In this document: in pieces, positions 14,831 through 26,778 of the stretch
Layout of the letters: each line of letters begins with the position of its first letter
Numbering within the stretch: the stretch's first letter is position 1
Origin: Paragordius varius
Taxonomy: Eukaryota > Animalia > Nematomorpha
Assembly (NCBI GenBank): GCA_964247055.1
Contig: OZ176056.1
Coordinates: forward strand, 6,386,001-6,450,000
Length of the DNA: 64,000 nt
Direction of reading: 5' to 3'
The notes under the pieces: model-generated
Told to the model about the DNA's origin: nothing
What the model saw: only the letters and a program-made list of their open reading frames with translations
Databases searched by the model: none
Position numbers and translations under genes: made by a program

Positions 14831-16126
14831 TCTGCGTACTTTTTGTTCGCGTCTTCTTTTATTTAACCGGTAATTACTAATGACTCCTAGTATATATATA
14901 TATATATATATTAGTTTTAGGCGGTTTCTAGCTGATTGCTTTAAAACCAGGAACTTTACTATTTTATAAGTGAGTAGAGTGACGAAATACGGTTTCGAAT
15001 ACTTTCCTAAGGACGTTATTAAAAAAATTTAAAGGATATTGACTTAGCATTGGCAGAATTATTATTTTTTTCGACCGATAATTGTTTTGGAAAAGGGATG
15101 TTTTGAATGATTCTTCTTTTAACAATGAACTTAGTTATTAAATCCTAAATATCTTAATTTTTTTCTAAATCATTATATCATTTGTTTAACCTATAAGCGA
15201 CAGATATTTAGGCCATTTAACTCTATTGTATTTTAATGTATGAGGTTTACTTACATTTACCGTAATAATCGGTTTATGTTTTATAATAACAATATATTTT
15301 TTGAATGCGCTAAAAAATTATACATTATTTAAACAGTGTACAAATGCATGACAATTTCGATTTTTTAATCACTATAGTTATAATTGGTAGGTATTTGATA
15401 TATATGCCTACCGCCATCAACAATAAAATTAAATTTTAACTTTATTGGACTTTGAAAATGCTTATTTTTTGATAATATAAAATAAATTAATTTTAATGAC
15501 AATAAATATCATATACTACTCTATACGACTTACGTAACTTTTGATCATAAAACAAATAATATATGTATATGAGAGTATAGACCATTTTTTTACATACACC
15601 TATGGGCAAAACTAAAAAAAAAGAAAAGAAAAGATCTTTAAAAAAATTGGACATAAATATTCGTATATACCTAAAAATTAATATGTATCATCAACTTTTT
15701 CATAATGTATTTTATTGATTAATCGATTGATTTCCAAAACTCGACAAATAATTATAATATATCTATCATCTCAAATTTCTATTGCGAAACAAATGAAAAA
15801 ACCGTATCGGATTCAAGTATAATTAATATTCAAAATACAATGAAAAAAAAATATTTGCAACATAGGGAAATATAAAACAAATAGAAAAGTTTATTATTTC
15901 AATGATTTTTTTTATTAGTATTATATTATGTAGAATTTTAGCTGCTATTACAGTTTTTTAATTTACTTTTTTATATACGAAAATTTTTTTTTATGTTGAT
16001 GAAACGAACGGAAAATGCATTTTTTTGAAAAAAGCAATATATATCATATATCGTGGTGTATAAAATTTGTGAATGATTTTTTGCAATGAGTAGTCAGTCC
16101 TTTAAAACAAATTTAAATTAATTTGT

Positions 16127-19100
16127 ATGAAAATTTCAAATCCGGAACCTATTTCTGATTCTGTTGCTTTACAAAAGTATACTGATCAAACTTCTTCTAA
16201 AACACCGATAAAATCGATTCGTTTTAAATCAAATAAATCTCATAATAATAATAATAATGAAAATGCTAATAATTATAGTTTTGAAAAATATAAGAATAAC
16301 ATCCCAAACATATATTTAAGCGATGCAAAGAAAAAGAAATTAACCCTACGTAATTTAGTATTCCGTAAATTTTTTGATATTCCCGACAAAACTCAGGTAT
16401 GGTGTTACTAATTTACAGCTCTCCTCCTTGTGTTGTATCCAGAAAAAATATGTCTTTTATACGTTTTGTCTCTTTATCATTATAATTTTACTTATACAAT
16501 AAAAAATTTTTTATCTTATTTCTTTTAATTTTGATTTATAGTGCATAACATGGTTGAAAACAAACATTTTACTGGTTTTAACCATTGTGGGCGTTTTATT
16601 GGGCCTTTTGATTGGAGTAACGGTTCGACAGCTAAAACCACCCCTCTCTACCATAGCTCTGATAACTTTTCCAGGAGATTTATTGATGGGCATGTTAAAA
16701 ATGTTGATATTACCTCTCATAGTGTCAAGCCTGATTGCAGGTATCACAAAATATAATGTTGTATATAAATTTTTTATAACCGTTTTTTATGTGTTATGAT
16801 GTAAAACCGAAATGTATATATTTTTATTAAGACTCCTGCCAGTTTTGAAAATCTGAAAATAGGGACGTTGCATTTAAGCAAATTAACACCACAAAAAATT
16901 ATTTGTAGCAGACAGCTGTTTGTAAATAAAATTAGAGTTTGACCCCAATATTACGCAATTTTTCCATCACTGTTATTCCTCATACCTTTCACAGCTATAC
17001 CTAAATGCTAACGGCGAAAAGGCAGACGATTAATTTAATATAGACCCCTTTCGTCCATCTCACAAACAACATATACACACACATGAGTTGGTCAAACACT
17101 AATCTCGTATTTTATCATGCATCGATCATGTCAAATTTTATACCTGAACAAACATTTGCGGCACAGATGGCTTCTCATATTCCATTTGAAGAAAAAAATA
17201 TCGTTTCAAGACATTGTTTACCGGTAGAAACATATGGGTAACAAGCTAAATATGTGAAAGCTTGGTTTTAAAAGTTGTGATTTAAATTAAAGTAGATGCT
17301 TAGACAACAAGATTAAAGTTATTTAAACCTAACTCAAAATGGCAGTTAGCAGAAATATTACATGTGTCAAAAAAGGAAATCAGTAGACATCCACCAGCAA
17401 CCCACTGCGATTATGACGAATGCCTAATCAAAATAGCATTACTTCTGAACTGCTTATACTTCACGAAAGAAAATGATTTTGTACAATGTAATGATGAGGG
17501 ATTAAAAGCGACTTTTTTGTGAATCTGCGGAAAATATCTCGGCTCTCGCACCAGTTCATCAAAACCAAGACCCTACCGGACTGCCCCAGAAGACATGGGA
17601 AAGTTTTCTTCGAATCATTAAAACTATGACTATCATCCATGAATACTAATTGACCCCATATTTGACATTTTATTTATGCTAATAACATCAGCCTTTGTTT
17701 ATAAAATATAATTTAAAATAAGGATGAATTTTATATGTTAAGTTAATTGGAGAGCAAAATCGTACCTAAAATATATTTTGATGTCTTATTTCTCTAACTT
17801 TTATATTTACCCTTGAACAATTAAAACACCCTATATTTTTGAATATTTGAGAAAAGCCATGGTAAGATATGCCAAAGACAAACAATAATTGCAAACACAA
17901 TTTTAAGGCAACATTGAATTGTTTCAAGATTTTAAAATGTTTGTGGGGATTATTGAAATCAAATGAAAGCATTTAGTATCTCTAAAATATATAATAAAAA
18001 AATATGTAGCTGACTTTTACCATCAAACATTTTATTAATCCATTAATCTTTGAAGGTTTATCTCAATTGGATGCTAAATCGAGCGGAAAAGTCGGTTACC
18101 GAGCCTTGGTTTATTACCTATCCACAACAATTTTAGCGGCTGTGTTGGGTATAATTTTAGTTGTTATAATCCACCCGGGAAATCCCAACATTAAACGAAC
18201 CCTGGACCAAGAAGTTGATGAGGATATCATGGAACCACCTTCTTCTATTGATGCTTTACTTGATCTCATAAGGTTTTCCAGTTTAATTTTCACTAAAAAT
18301 TGTAATTATACGGAGAAACCTAAAAACATAAAAGACACTTATTTTTCTCAAACAACCAACACTTTCAATCTTAACATTTGCTCATTAACCATGTAATATA
18401 ACATTTTTATGATGTAAATTTGAATATGTTACCAATTTATATCTCATTATTTGATTTGCGATCCAAAACCATAGTTTATATTCATAATTATCTGTCTTTT
18501 AGTACGCTTTTTTAGGAAAATTTTAATTATTATAAAAATTGTTATTTAAAAAAATGGTAGCTGTAACATAAGAGTTCATGGCTATTTTTGTTCAATTAAT
18601 CATTTTGATTTAGTCGAATTAAGAAAAAGGGGATGTTTTCTATTATGATAGATAAAAAAGATTCAAAAACTATAAATTAGATGTATTTCTCAAATATTTT
18701 GGATTTTACAATAGTTCAGATTTGACATCCTAGCTATCTCAAATTATTTAAGGGTTAATGGCGATATTTGTTTAATTATAAATCATTTTATTTTTGCAAA
18801 ATTAAATTTATTTTATTTGTAATCACTAGTTCCAAATTTGGTGTATGCATTTACAAATTGGGTTTATTTTTAAGCAATTTTGCTGTAATATACCATTGAT
18901 AATTCAAATTGACCCTTGAACAATTCAAATTCACCCTAAAAATAAATTATGTGTTTTCGGGCTAACATAACTCTCATCATTAATATGAAATACATTTTTA
19001 CGACATACTTTACTATTTTTCAGCATTATATTAATTTTTAACAGAGTTTCATATCATAAAAATAAATAAAGGTAAAATCTTAAAAAAACAAAATTATTTT

Positions 19101-22100
19101 AGGTTTCAAGGGTGAATTTGACCTGTAAATGGTATATATAATTGTATTTACATTATTAAAATTATTAATAGACCTTGTAATATAGGTATAAAAATTTTAG
19201 TTCATTTTTAATTTCCATAAAATATATTTTTCCCAGAAACATGTTCCCAGAAAATTTGGTGAAGGCTTGTTTCCAAAGCATAGGAACCGTTTATAAGAAT
19301 GTGACAAAAAAAGTTAGAACATCACCACCTTATTCTCGGCATTCATTACTTAATGATTCTTTCACCCCACCGATGATAAATTTTGATAATCAAACTATGC
19401 CCTCATCAAATACGACTATAGTTGTGCTTGAAAGACGCTTGGAATATAATAATAACATGAATGTATTGGGTATGATTTTAACTTTTTTTTTGATACTATA
19501 TTCGCGGGTGGTGTTTGAATGTCAAAAAAGGCTTTATTATTATTATTTTTAGGAAAATTGTAATACAAATAATAAACAAATTAAAACCATAATAAATTAT
19601 AATTTAAAAATTGCAACATTTGTGTATATTTGTCCAAAATTTAAAGGGATAAATAATAACTAATAAGTATAGTTATACACATATATTATATAAATCTATT
19701 TTTTTCAGTAAAGTCTATTTTATTATATCATCAGAGGCGTGGTTAGAAGGGAAAAAAGGGGTCTGATGCAGCATAGTTGCAGGGGCCCCGGATTTTAATT
19801 TTTTTTTAATTATATTTCAGAAAAATAGGCATTATGTAGTTATTTTTTTAAATAATACTTAAAATAATCACCCAATTATGAGTGTTCATGACCATGGTAT
19901 GAATATGATAATTTTTTTAAAATGCAAGGGGTCGCATGGAAAAAGACGGAGCGCCAGAAACATACAAGCTAAGCCTCTGTCTTATATATAGGTCTTAGAA
20001 TTGTATTACCGTAACATTTGGAATTATTTTATAAATTCAATATTGAATCTTATTTATTTTATCGCTCTAGTGTGTCTAATTAAATGCATAAATAGGTATC
20101 ATTACATTTTCAACGGCTTTCGGAATCATCGTGGGTCAAATGGGGGAAAAGGCAGCCATTATGATTGAATTTGTTAGCGTACTTAATGATATTATTATGA
20201 GACTAGTTTGTCTTATTATGTGGTAAGCACCATATTTTAATTATTAATTGATATTGAATTATATTTTTTTGTTTTACATCCCGTTTTCAATGGCAGTTTT
20301 TAATGTAGTTATCAAAAAATAGTTATGATTTTATCATCTCTTTCAAATTATATTTTGGATCAATGGAAAAAAGAATGGTTTGAAAAGAAAATGTATAAAA
20401 AACAACTTTATAGCTCCAATAAAAATAATTATATGTTATTGGTAAAAAATATAGTTTGATTAGTCTTAATTTTCATATCAATAGCTCAGGTACCTATTTA
20501 GTATAATTAGATTATTAAATTCGAGTAATATTTTTAAATTTTTATTAACTTTAATGCATCGCTGTGATGATACTTATTGAATATTTCATATATACCATTT
20601 ACAGTTCAAATTCGCCCTTAAACAATTCAAATTCACCCTTGAACAATTCAAATTCACCCTCGAACAATTCAAATTCACCCTCGAACAATTCAAATTCACC
20701 CTAAAATAAAATATGTGTTTTTTAAGATTATATATTAGCTACATTTTTTATATTTATAAAAAAAAGAAATTTTGTATGTAATCAAAATAATACTGAAAAA
20801 ATAATAAACTTTGCCATAAAAATATATTTAATTTTAATAAAGAGTTATATTAAACCGAAGTTTCATAATTTATTTTTAGGGTGAATTTGAATTGTTCGAG
20901 GGTGAATTTGAATTGTTCAAGGGTGAATTTGAATTGTTTAAGGGTGAATTTGAACTGTAAATGGTATATATTCAATTTTTTTTGTGGGGTTTTATAGGTA
21001 TTCACCTTTTGGTATCATGTGTCTCATAGCCGGAAAAATTTTATCGATTGATGATGTGGGTCAATTGGTGGAACAATTGGGTATGTACATGGTTACCGTT
21101 ATAACTGGTTTAGTTATACATGCTTTGATTGTCCTACCCCTCATATACTTTGTGGTTACGCGTAAAAACCCGTACATTTTTATGCGCGGTATGTTACAAG
21201 CTTGGGTAACTGCGCTGGGAACGTCTTCAAGGTTTAAACAAGTTTTTTGTTGGTTATGTTTTTGAAATGTTATTGAGATCAAATTTTTTGTGAGTTAATA
21301 ACCTTAACGAGTGGGATAATGGAAAGATAATTGTTCATATTTGGTTAAATGTATGATAACCGTTGTTTTTAGATTTTTTATTAGAAATGATTAATCAATG
21401 CATTTTGCCAAATATTATTATAGTTTTGTTGGTTAAATTGAATCAGAATCGTTTCAAAACAATATGTAATGACTTTGATTGTACCATTTTATACAAGGGT
21501 ATATTAAAATATAAATATAAAATCTTTTAATAGGCCAAACTATATCGTATATAAAAAACTAACATGATAATATATATCTACAATCTAATAGATATATATT
21601 TACAATTCAAATTCACCCTTAAACAATTCAAATCATCCTCGAACAATTCAAATTCACTCTTGAATAATTCAAATTCACCCTAAAAATAAATTATGTGTTT
21701 TCAACCTATTATAACTCAGTATTAATAAGAAATATAATCTTATGGCATAATTTATTATTTTTTCAGTATTATATTAATTTTAAACGTAATTTCTTTTTTT
21801 TAAATATAAAAAAAATATATAGGTAATTTTAAATCTTAAAAAACACATAATTTATTTTAGGATGAATTTGAATTGTTCAAGGGTGAATTTGAATTGTTCG
21901 AGAGTGAATTTGAATTGTTTAAGCGAGAATTTGAATTGTTCGAGGGTGAATTTGAACTGTAAATGGTATTTGATGATATTTTTAGTTCAGCAACCCTACC
22001 AGTCACATTTCGATGTTTGGAGGAGAATAATCGTGTGGATAAGCGTGTAACTCGCTTTGTCCTGCCCGTCGGCGCGACAATTAATATGGATGGAACAGCT

Positions 22101-23994
22101 CTCTATGAAGCGGTCGCCGCACTTTTCATTGCCCAAATCAATGGGATTAAACTTAATCCCGGTCAAATTGTTACAGTCAGGTAGGTGATGATAATAAATT
22201 TATAACAAGTTGTTTCAATATTTGTGGCAAAATCTTATATTTAGCAAAGCTAAAAACACATATAAGAAAGTATCGTTTCCAATTAAACTTGGTAATATTA
22301 AATTGGATATGATGATTCATTTTGGACAATAATTGTTTAAATGATTAAAGAGATTTTAAATTTCATTCCAACTAGGTTAAAAATTGTTGCTTAAAAAATT
22401 TGGTTTATAGAATAACAAGTTTGTTCCATATAAAATTGGTAAGATTGGGAAAACTATAAATTTTTTGATTAAAAATAATAGCTTTACAGCCACAATTGCT
22501 AGTATTGGGGCGGCTAGTGTGCCGAGTGCCGGACTTGTTACAATGCTTCTTGTATTAACTTCCGTCGGATTACCAACTCGAGATATCAGTCTTATTGTAG
22601 CTGTCGATTGGTTATTGTAAGTCATATATATATAAGATCCTTATTTGATTTTATTTGAAATTTAAATTTTTTGACAATTACATAAACTCACCCATGAGAA
22701 GTATTTTGACGCCAAACTAATGTTAATTAATTAATTTTCATAAAATTCTTTAATATTTTTTCTGAAATAGCAAGCAGTATTAAGTGGCAACCGTAACTTC
22801 ATTCGATTCTTTATCTATAGAGATAGTCCTACGTATCGAAATTCTGGATTAGTTTTTTTTTAATAACTTTTACGAAATAATCTATTATATAATTAGGCAA
22901 TATAAGTTTGCTCTTTTTTACTTTATCTATTATATTTAGCTTATTAATATCTATGAATATTTATAGAGATCGGATTCGAACATCCATAAATGTTTTGGGA
23001 GATGGCATAGGTGCCGGTATAGTTGATCATTTAAGTCGAAAGGAGTTGGCTGAAATTGATGCGGAACATGCACAGAGCATGATGGAAGACAATTCCAAAT
23101 TTCAAGATGACAACTTTCAAGATTTGCCCGGTGATGTAGGGATAGAAATGCACAATATTGGTAAAATTTGTTGTGTTAAACACTTTAAATTTGTTATGGT
23201 AGATAAATGATACATCTTGAGGTTTGTAATTGGTTGATATCGACATTTTGCTATATAAGCAGTTAGTTTCAATACGATTAAATTGTCGTTTTACTAAAAC
23301 CAAAATTATTACATGTGAATATTGATTTTAAATATCTTAAAACAGGGGCCTACAGACATATCTACGATCCACGAAATATTTGTAAATACATATTCTAAAA
23401 TATGTTTACAGAATCTTAGTATATTTCTTAAACTTTTTAAATAAGTTTATCCCATTGGCAAAGAACTGGAAAAATCGCTATATTGTGCTTGCATTTTACA
23501 GTCTTATTAAGAAAATATTGATGAAGGCCTACATAATCTTGAATGCGGGCCGCTGTTTTTTAAGTCAAAAATGCGGCCCGCGAAACCATTAATGTTGCAC
23601 AGCACCTTCTTAAATTTTCCCTTTGATTTAGGCCAGATCGCTGCTCATATCAAATATATGTAAATTTCCATATTTATATAAAATAGATACAACCTATCAA
23701 TCGGAGAAACCTCCTTCATTCAACAATGACCAGTCATCGACACCTATTTTGAGGCGAATATCACAGGGCGTAAGTAAAACGTTTGAAAATTTGGTTCCGA
23801 ACAAACGACTCTCCAAAAATGTTATAACTTCGAATAAAGATGAGAAAAATAATACTACTTTTAACGTTTCCCGCGACGAAATTATTGACAAAACTGAAAC
23901 TAATACTGAAAGAATTCGAGAATTAGAAAATACTATGCCGAAAAACACAGATACCAATTTGCAGTTCATTGATAATGGCGGGGAAAGGGTGTAA
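16127..23994 (+). CDS. SLC1A2: Excitatory amino-acid (glutamate/aspartate) transporter, SLC1/EAAT family. Exons 16127-16396, 16542-16740, 18056-18272, 19237-19469, 20096-20222, 20998-21231, 21986-22180, 22482-22616, 22967-23160, 23687-23994.
   Basis: All nine GT-AG junctions are phase-consistent. Motifs: [44 protein letters not shown] (HP1), [14 protein letters not shown] (TM7), [15 protein letters not shown] (HP2), and [16 protein letters not shown] (TM8, with the Arg of acidic-substrate transporters). The symbol indicates the closest-looking human paralogue only. The first and last exons are less certain. Confidence 0.93.
17000..17640 (+). mobile_element. Degenerate mariner relic in EAAT intron 2, similar to 13960-14830
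   Basis: ATG at 17128 gives MSNFIPE..., then [22 protein letters not shown] and ELLILHERK in broken frames. It shares the 5' leader motif gacccc(a)tttcgt(t/c)catct(g/c)ac with the other relic. Confidence 0.7.
18889..19137. mobile_element. MITE subfamily A copy (ends TATACCATT...AATGGTATA, short 21-bp arrays)
   Basis: Inverted termini and caattcaaattcaccc units matching 20589-20970. Confidence 0.75.
19732..19979. mobile_element. Small GC-richer MITE-like insertion with CAGAGGC...GCCTCTG termini
   Basis: A 7-bp perfect terminal inverted repeat and an internal ggggcccc. No target-site duplication found. Confidence 0.35.
20589..20970. mobile_element. MITE subfamily A, best-preserved copy: TIR TATATACCATTTACAGTTCAAATT with inverted arrays of a 21-bp unit (caattcaaattcaccct(t/c)gaa)
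   Basis: About 4-5 units on the left arm and 4 reverse-complement units on the right arm; the termini are perfectly inverted. Confidence 0.9.
21593..21969. mobile_element. MITE subfamily A copy ending 16 nt before an EAAT exon
   Basis: Inverted 21-bp arrays and a right end reading gaactgtaaatggta. It is the source of the spurious [15 protein letters not shown]. Confidence 0.85.
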
Positions 23995-24399
23995 CAAACT
24001 AAGTAAAACGCATTTTTTAATATAAATAAAATTATTTTACAAGTATATTTATTGGCTGGTATGATCTTTATAAAATTTTATAATATAAATTGCATCCATA
24101 TTGTATAAAAAATGTAATTATTGTTGCATTTTATCATTGTATCCATCTATCCCCTCCAAAAAAGTCCCAATTATTTTAATTTGAAAATGTGATTATTTTA
24201 CAACTAGTCATAAAAAATTTTGCGATTATTATTATATTGTAATTATTGGGCTATATGTGATGAATATAAATATAAATAAATGTTACATATTAAAATAAAT
24301 GTATTTTATTATATTTCGATTTATATTTAAAAATTAAAAATTTTAAAACATTTTTATACATGTGACATAAAAGCAACATCTTTATCGTTTAAACGGCAA

Positions 24400-24890
24400 A
24401 TCGATAGATAAATGGAATAGCAAAAAACAAAGGTTTGATTTACAAAGCCGGCATACGTCCCATACTCCTGTATGGAAGCGAGACGTGGCCGATGACAGAT
24501 TCAATTAAGAAAAAACTAATGAACATAGAAAAACGGATGCTAAATTTATTTCAACCCAATAAGTCGAATTCAAATTTACATCAACTGTAACAAATCGAAC
24601 CTTAAAATGTTATGCTCAGAAAAAATAGGCTTAGATATTTCGGACACATCAAACGTGCTCCAGAACAATGGACAAAAAATTTTTTATCCCTACATCCCGA
24701 AGGTAACAATCGCAGGGGTTGACCAACATTTAACTGGGAAAATTCAATATATAATGATTTAAGTGTTGCCAACATTGATGATAACGCCTGCAGGATCGCA
24801 AATATTACAGACAGCTTCTATACGGATACAATGGCTAGCCATTACACAAAGACGATACCAAATGGAGGCGAATATCGGTTCCAATAAGTT
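24400..24890 (+). mobile_element. 5'-truncated, degenerate non-LTR retrotransposon tail (RTE-like)
   Basis: Translation YKAGIRPILLYGSETWPMT...NRLRYFGHIKRAPEQW...RRG*P, with internal stops, matches the post-RT C-terminal region of RTE-type LINEs. Confidence 0.75.
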
Positions 24891-25900
24891 AAAACAAATC
24901 TAGTAATGATCAAATTTAAAGAAAAAACACAGTTGGGTTATTATGCTTTTGGAAAGGCGTTTTATTAAAATGACGACTCCTGTAAAAACTCTTTAAAGTT
25001 TCCCATTCCATACGCCGTAATATAGGTGCTATGCATACATCGCAAAAATCTAAAAACGTTAATATTTTTGTAATATTTATCACTAAAACAAAAAATTATT
25101 TTTACAGTTATGTAGCGTTTTGCTGCGGTTTTGGCTTAAATCGCGTAAGGTTTAAACTTTAAACCGTGTGATCGACTCAATGATTGAAACGGCACCCAAC
25201 TGGGGCTAATAAAAACGGTAAATGTCCCAAGGCCAATAGGATCAATTTATAAAATTTTCTCTGTAAATGCACGGTTAAAAATGTTGATTTGCCAAACTCG
25301 CCATAGTATCATCAAAATATAATATAATTTATCTAGTGGTGAAATATTGGCATGTTACATTTGCGCAAGAACAAAAATGGTTCAGACCAAGATTAGTTGA
25401 GTTTAATAATTATTTAAATTTGATCAAAATCCTACTATTAATAGGTCACTCCATGTGATGGAGTCCTTATCAAAATATTCAGGGTCACACAGTCCCAACT
25501 TTGGAACAATATTGTTAAATTAATTACTTTATTATTAAAAAACTTAATGTTGTATTTGAATGAAATAAGTCGAAATCTTTTCAGCAATTTTTTTAGGGCA
25601 ATTCGAGGGATACAAAGTTGATTTATATAACATGATTATACAGGTAGGAAAAAATATTAATAATAAATAAACTTTATTTTTTCATCCAATGTATTTTTAT
25701 AGATCCAAAATACCTTTATTCATACAAAATTTTCCATAAAAATGCAAAAAAATGTCCCAAACGACTGATTATCAGTATTTTCCCTAAATTTAATTCCAAA
25801 TACATATATTTATAACATACTTTATTATCTAAATCTCATCCATGTATATCAATAATCTAGAAAAATTACTAAAGTATGTGATATGATATATTTGTCATGT

Positions 25901-26732
25901 TTATATCCACATATTCCTTTGAAATTTGCGTAATTCAAATCCTGTCATATATTTGTGCTTGAATTTTTCAGGTATATTTTCAAAAATTTCACCATCTTCA
26001 ACTAAAGGGGTAGTGTCTGGCCGATCGTTCATGATGTTTTTGTTACTTCCAGATAAAATCTTTTGATTGCTAGTTTGCGCCGTATTATTTTGATAACCGG
26101 TAAATTCATCCATAGATTGTATTAACTCGACCCGACCTGTCTTATAATCTATCCTTGTATTAGGTATGTCTGATTCCCCTTGAGGTATACCATTAGGAAA
26201 TGTAATCGGTACAACCCTTATTAAATGTTTAATGGTCCAAAGTTTTTGACACATTTCCACCGTATTTTTTACGACAACCGGGGCCGAGATTTTGGTTTCT
26301 CTGTATTTTTTTCCTAGGACCTCTCGTAAAACTTTTTTTTCGAAATGGGGCACATACTGTACAGGTTTCACGTAACTCACCATCATAAGTTTGTGCGGCC
26401 TAACACCGGGTTCCACATCTTTCCCTACGTAAATAAATATAAAATATGCTGTAAATATTTTTGAAAAATCATATTTTAATATATTTTTTATGCATCAAAC
26501 AAGAATTGAGAAAAGTTAAACTGATTTAACTAAAAATATCTGATACAAGTAAGCATATGTAATAAAATTATTTTTAAATTGACTAAACTTATTATGTTTA
26601 AAAATAAAAGTAATATATTTATAATATACCTGCATTATCTATGACACTTTGTGGTATTTGAGGACGATATATGGTAGTGTCAATTTTTTTAAGGGCTCTG
26701 CAAGAAAATGAAAATTGCCTGATAAAAAGCAT
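25901..26732 (-). CDS. MRPL30: Mitochondrial ribosomal protein uL30m. Exons 26732-26630 and 26424-25901; 208 aa.
   Basis: PHKLMMVSYVK...PHFEKKVLREVLG...VVVKNTVEMCQKLWTIKHLIRVVPITFPNGIP...NTRIDYKTG aligns with the MRPL30 core. The N-terminus resembles a presequence (MLFIRQFSFSCRALKK). The phase-1 intron is consistent. Confidence 0.85.
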
Positions 26733-26778
26733 GTAATTACGTACGAAAAGGTAAGCATATGTTTTGAAATTCAAAATT
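26733..26778. promoter_or_regulatory. 46-nt spacer between the divergent MRPL30 and DERA start codons (putative bidirectional promoter or overlapping 5' ends)
   Basis: Inferred only from the positions of the two ATGs (26732 minus, 26779 plus). Confidence 0.5.

Noticed and set aside
20600-21960. 21-bp repeat arrays as a CRISPR locus
   Set aside because: The units are directly adjacent with no unique spacers, are arranged as inverted arms of a MITE, and lie in introns of a eukaryotic gene.
21862-22050. [15 protein letters not shown]...
   Set aside because: It is a translation of the 21-bp MITE array running into an off-frame part of an EAAT exon.
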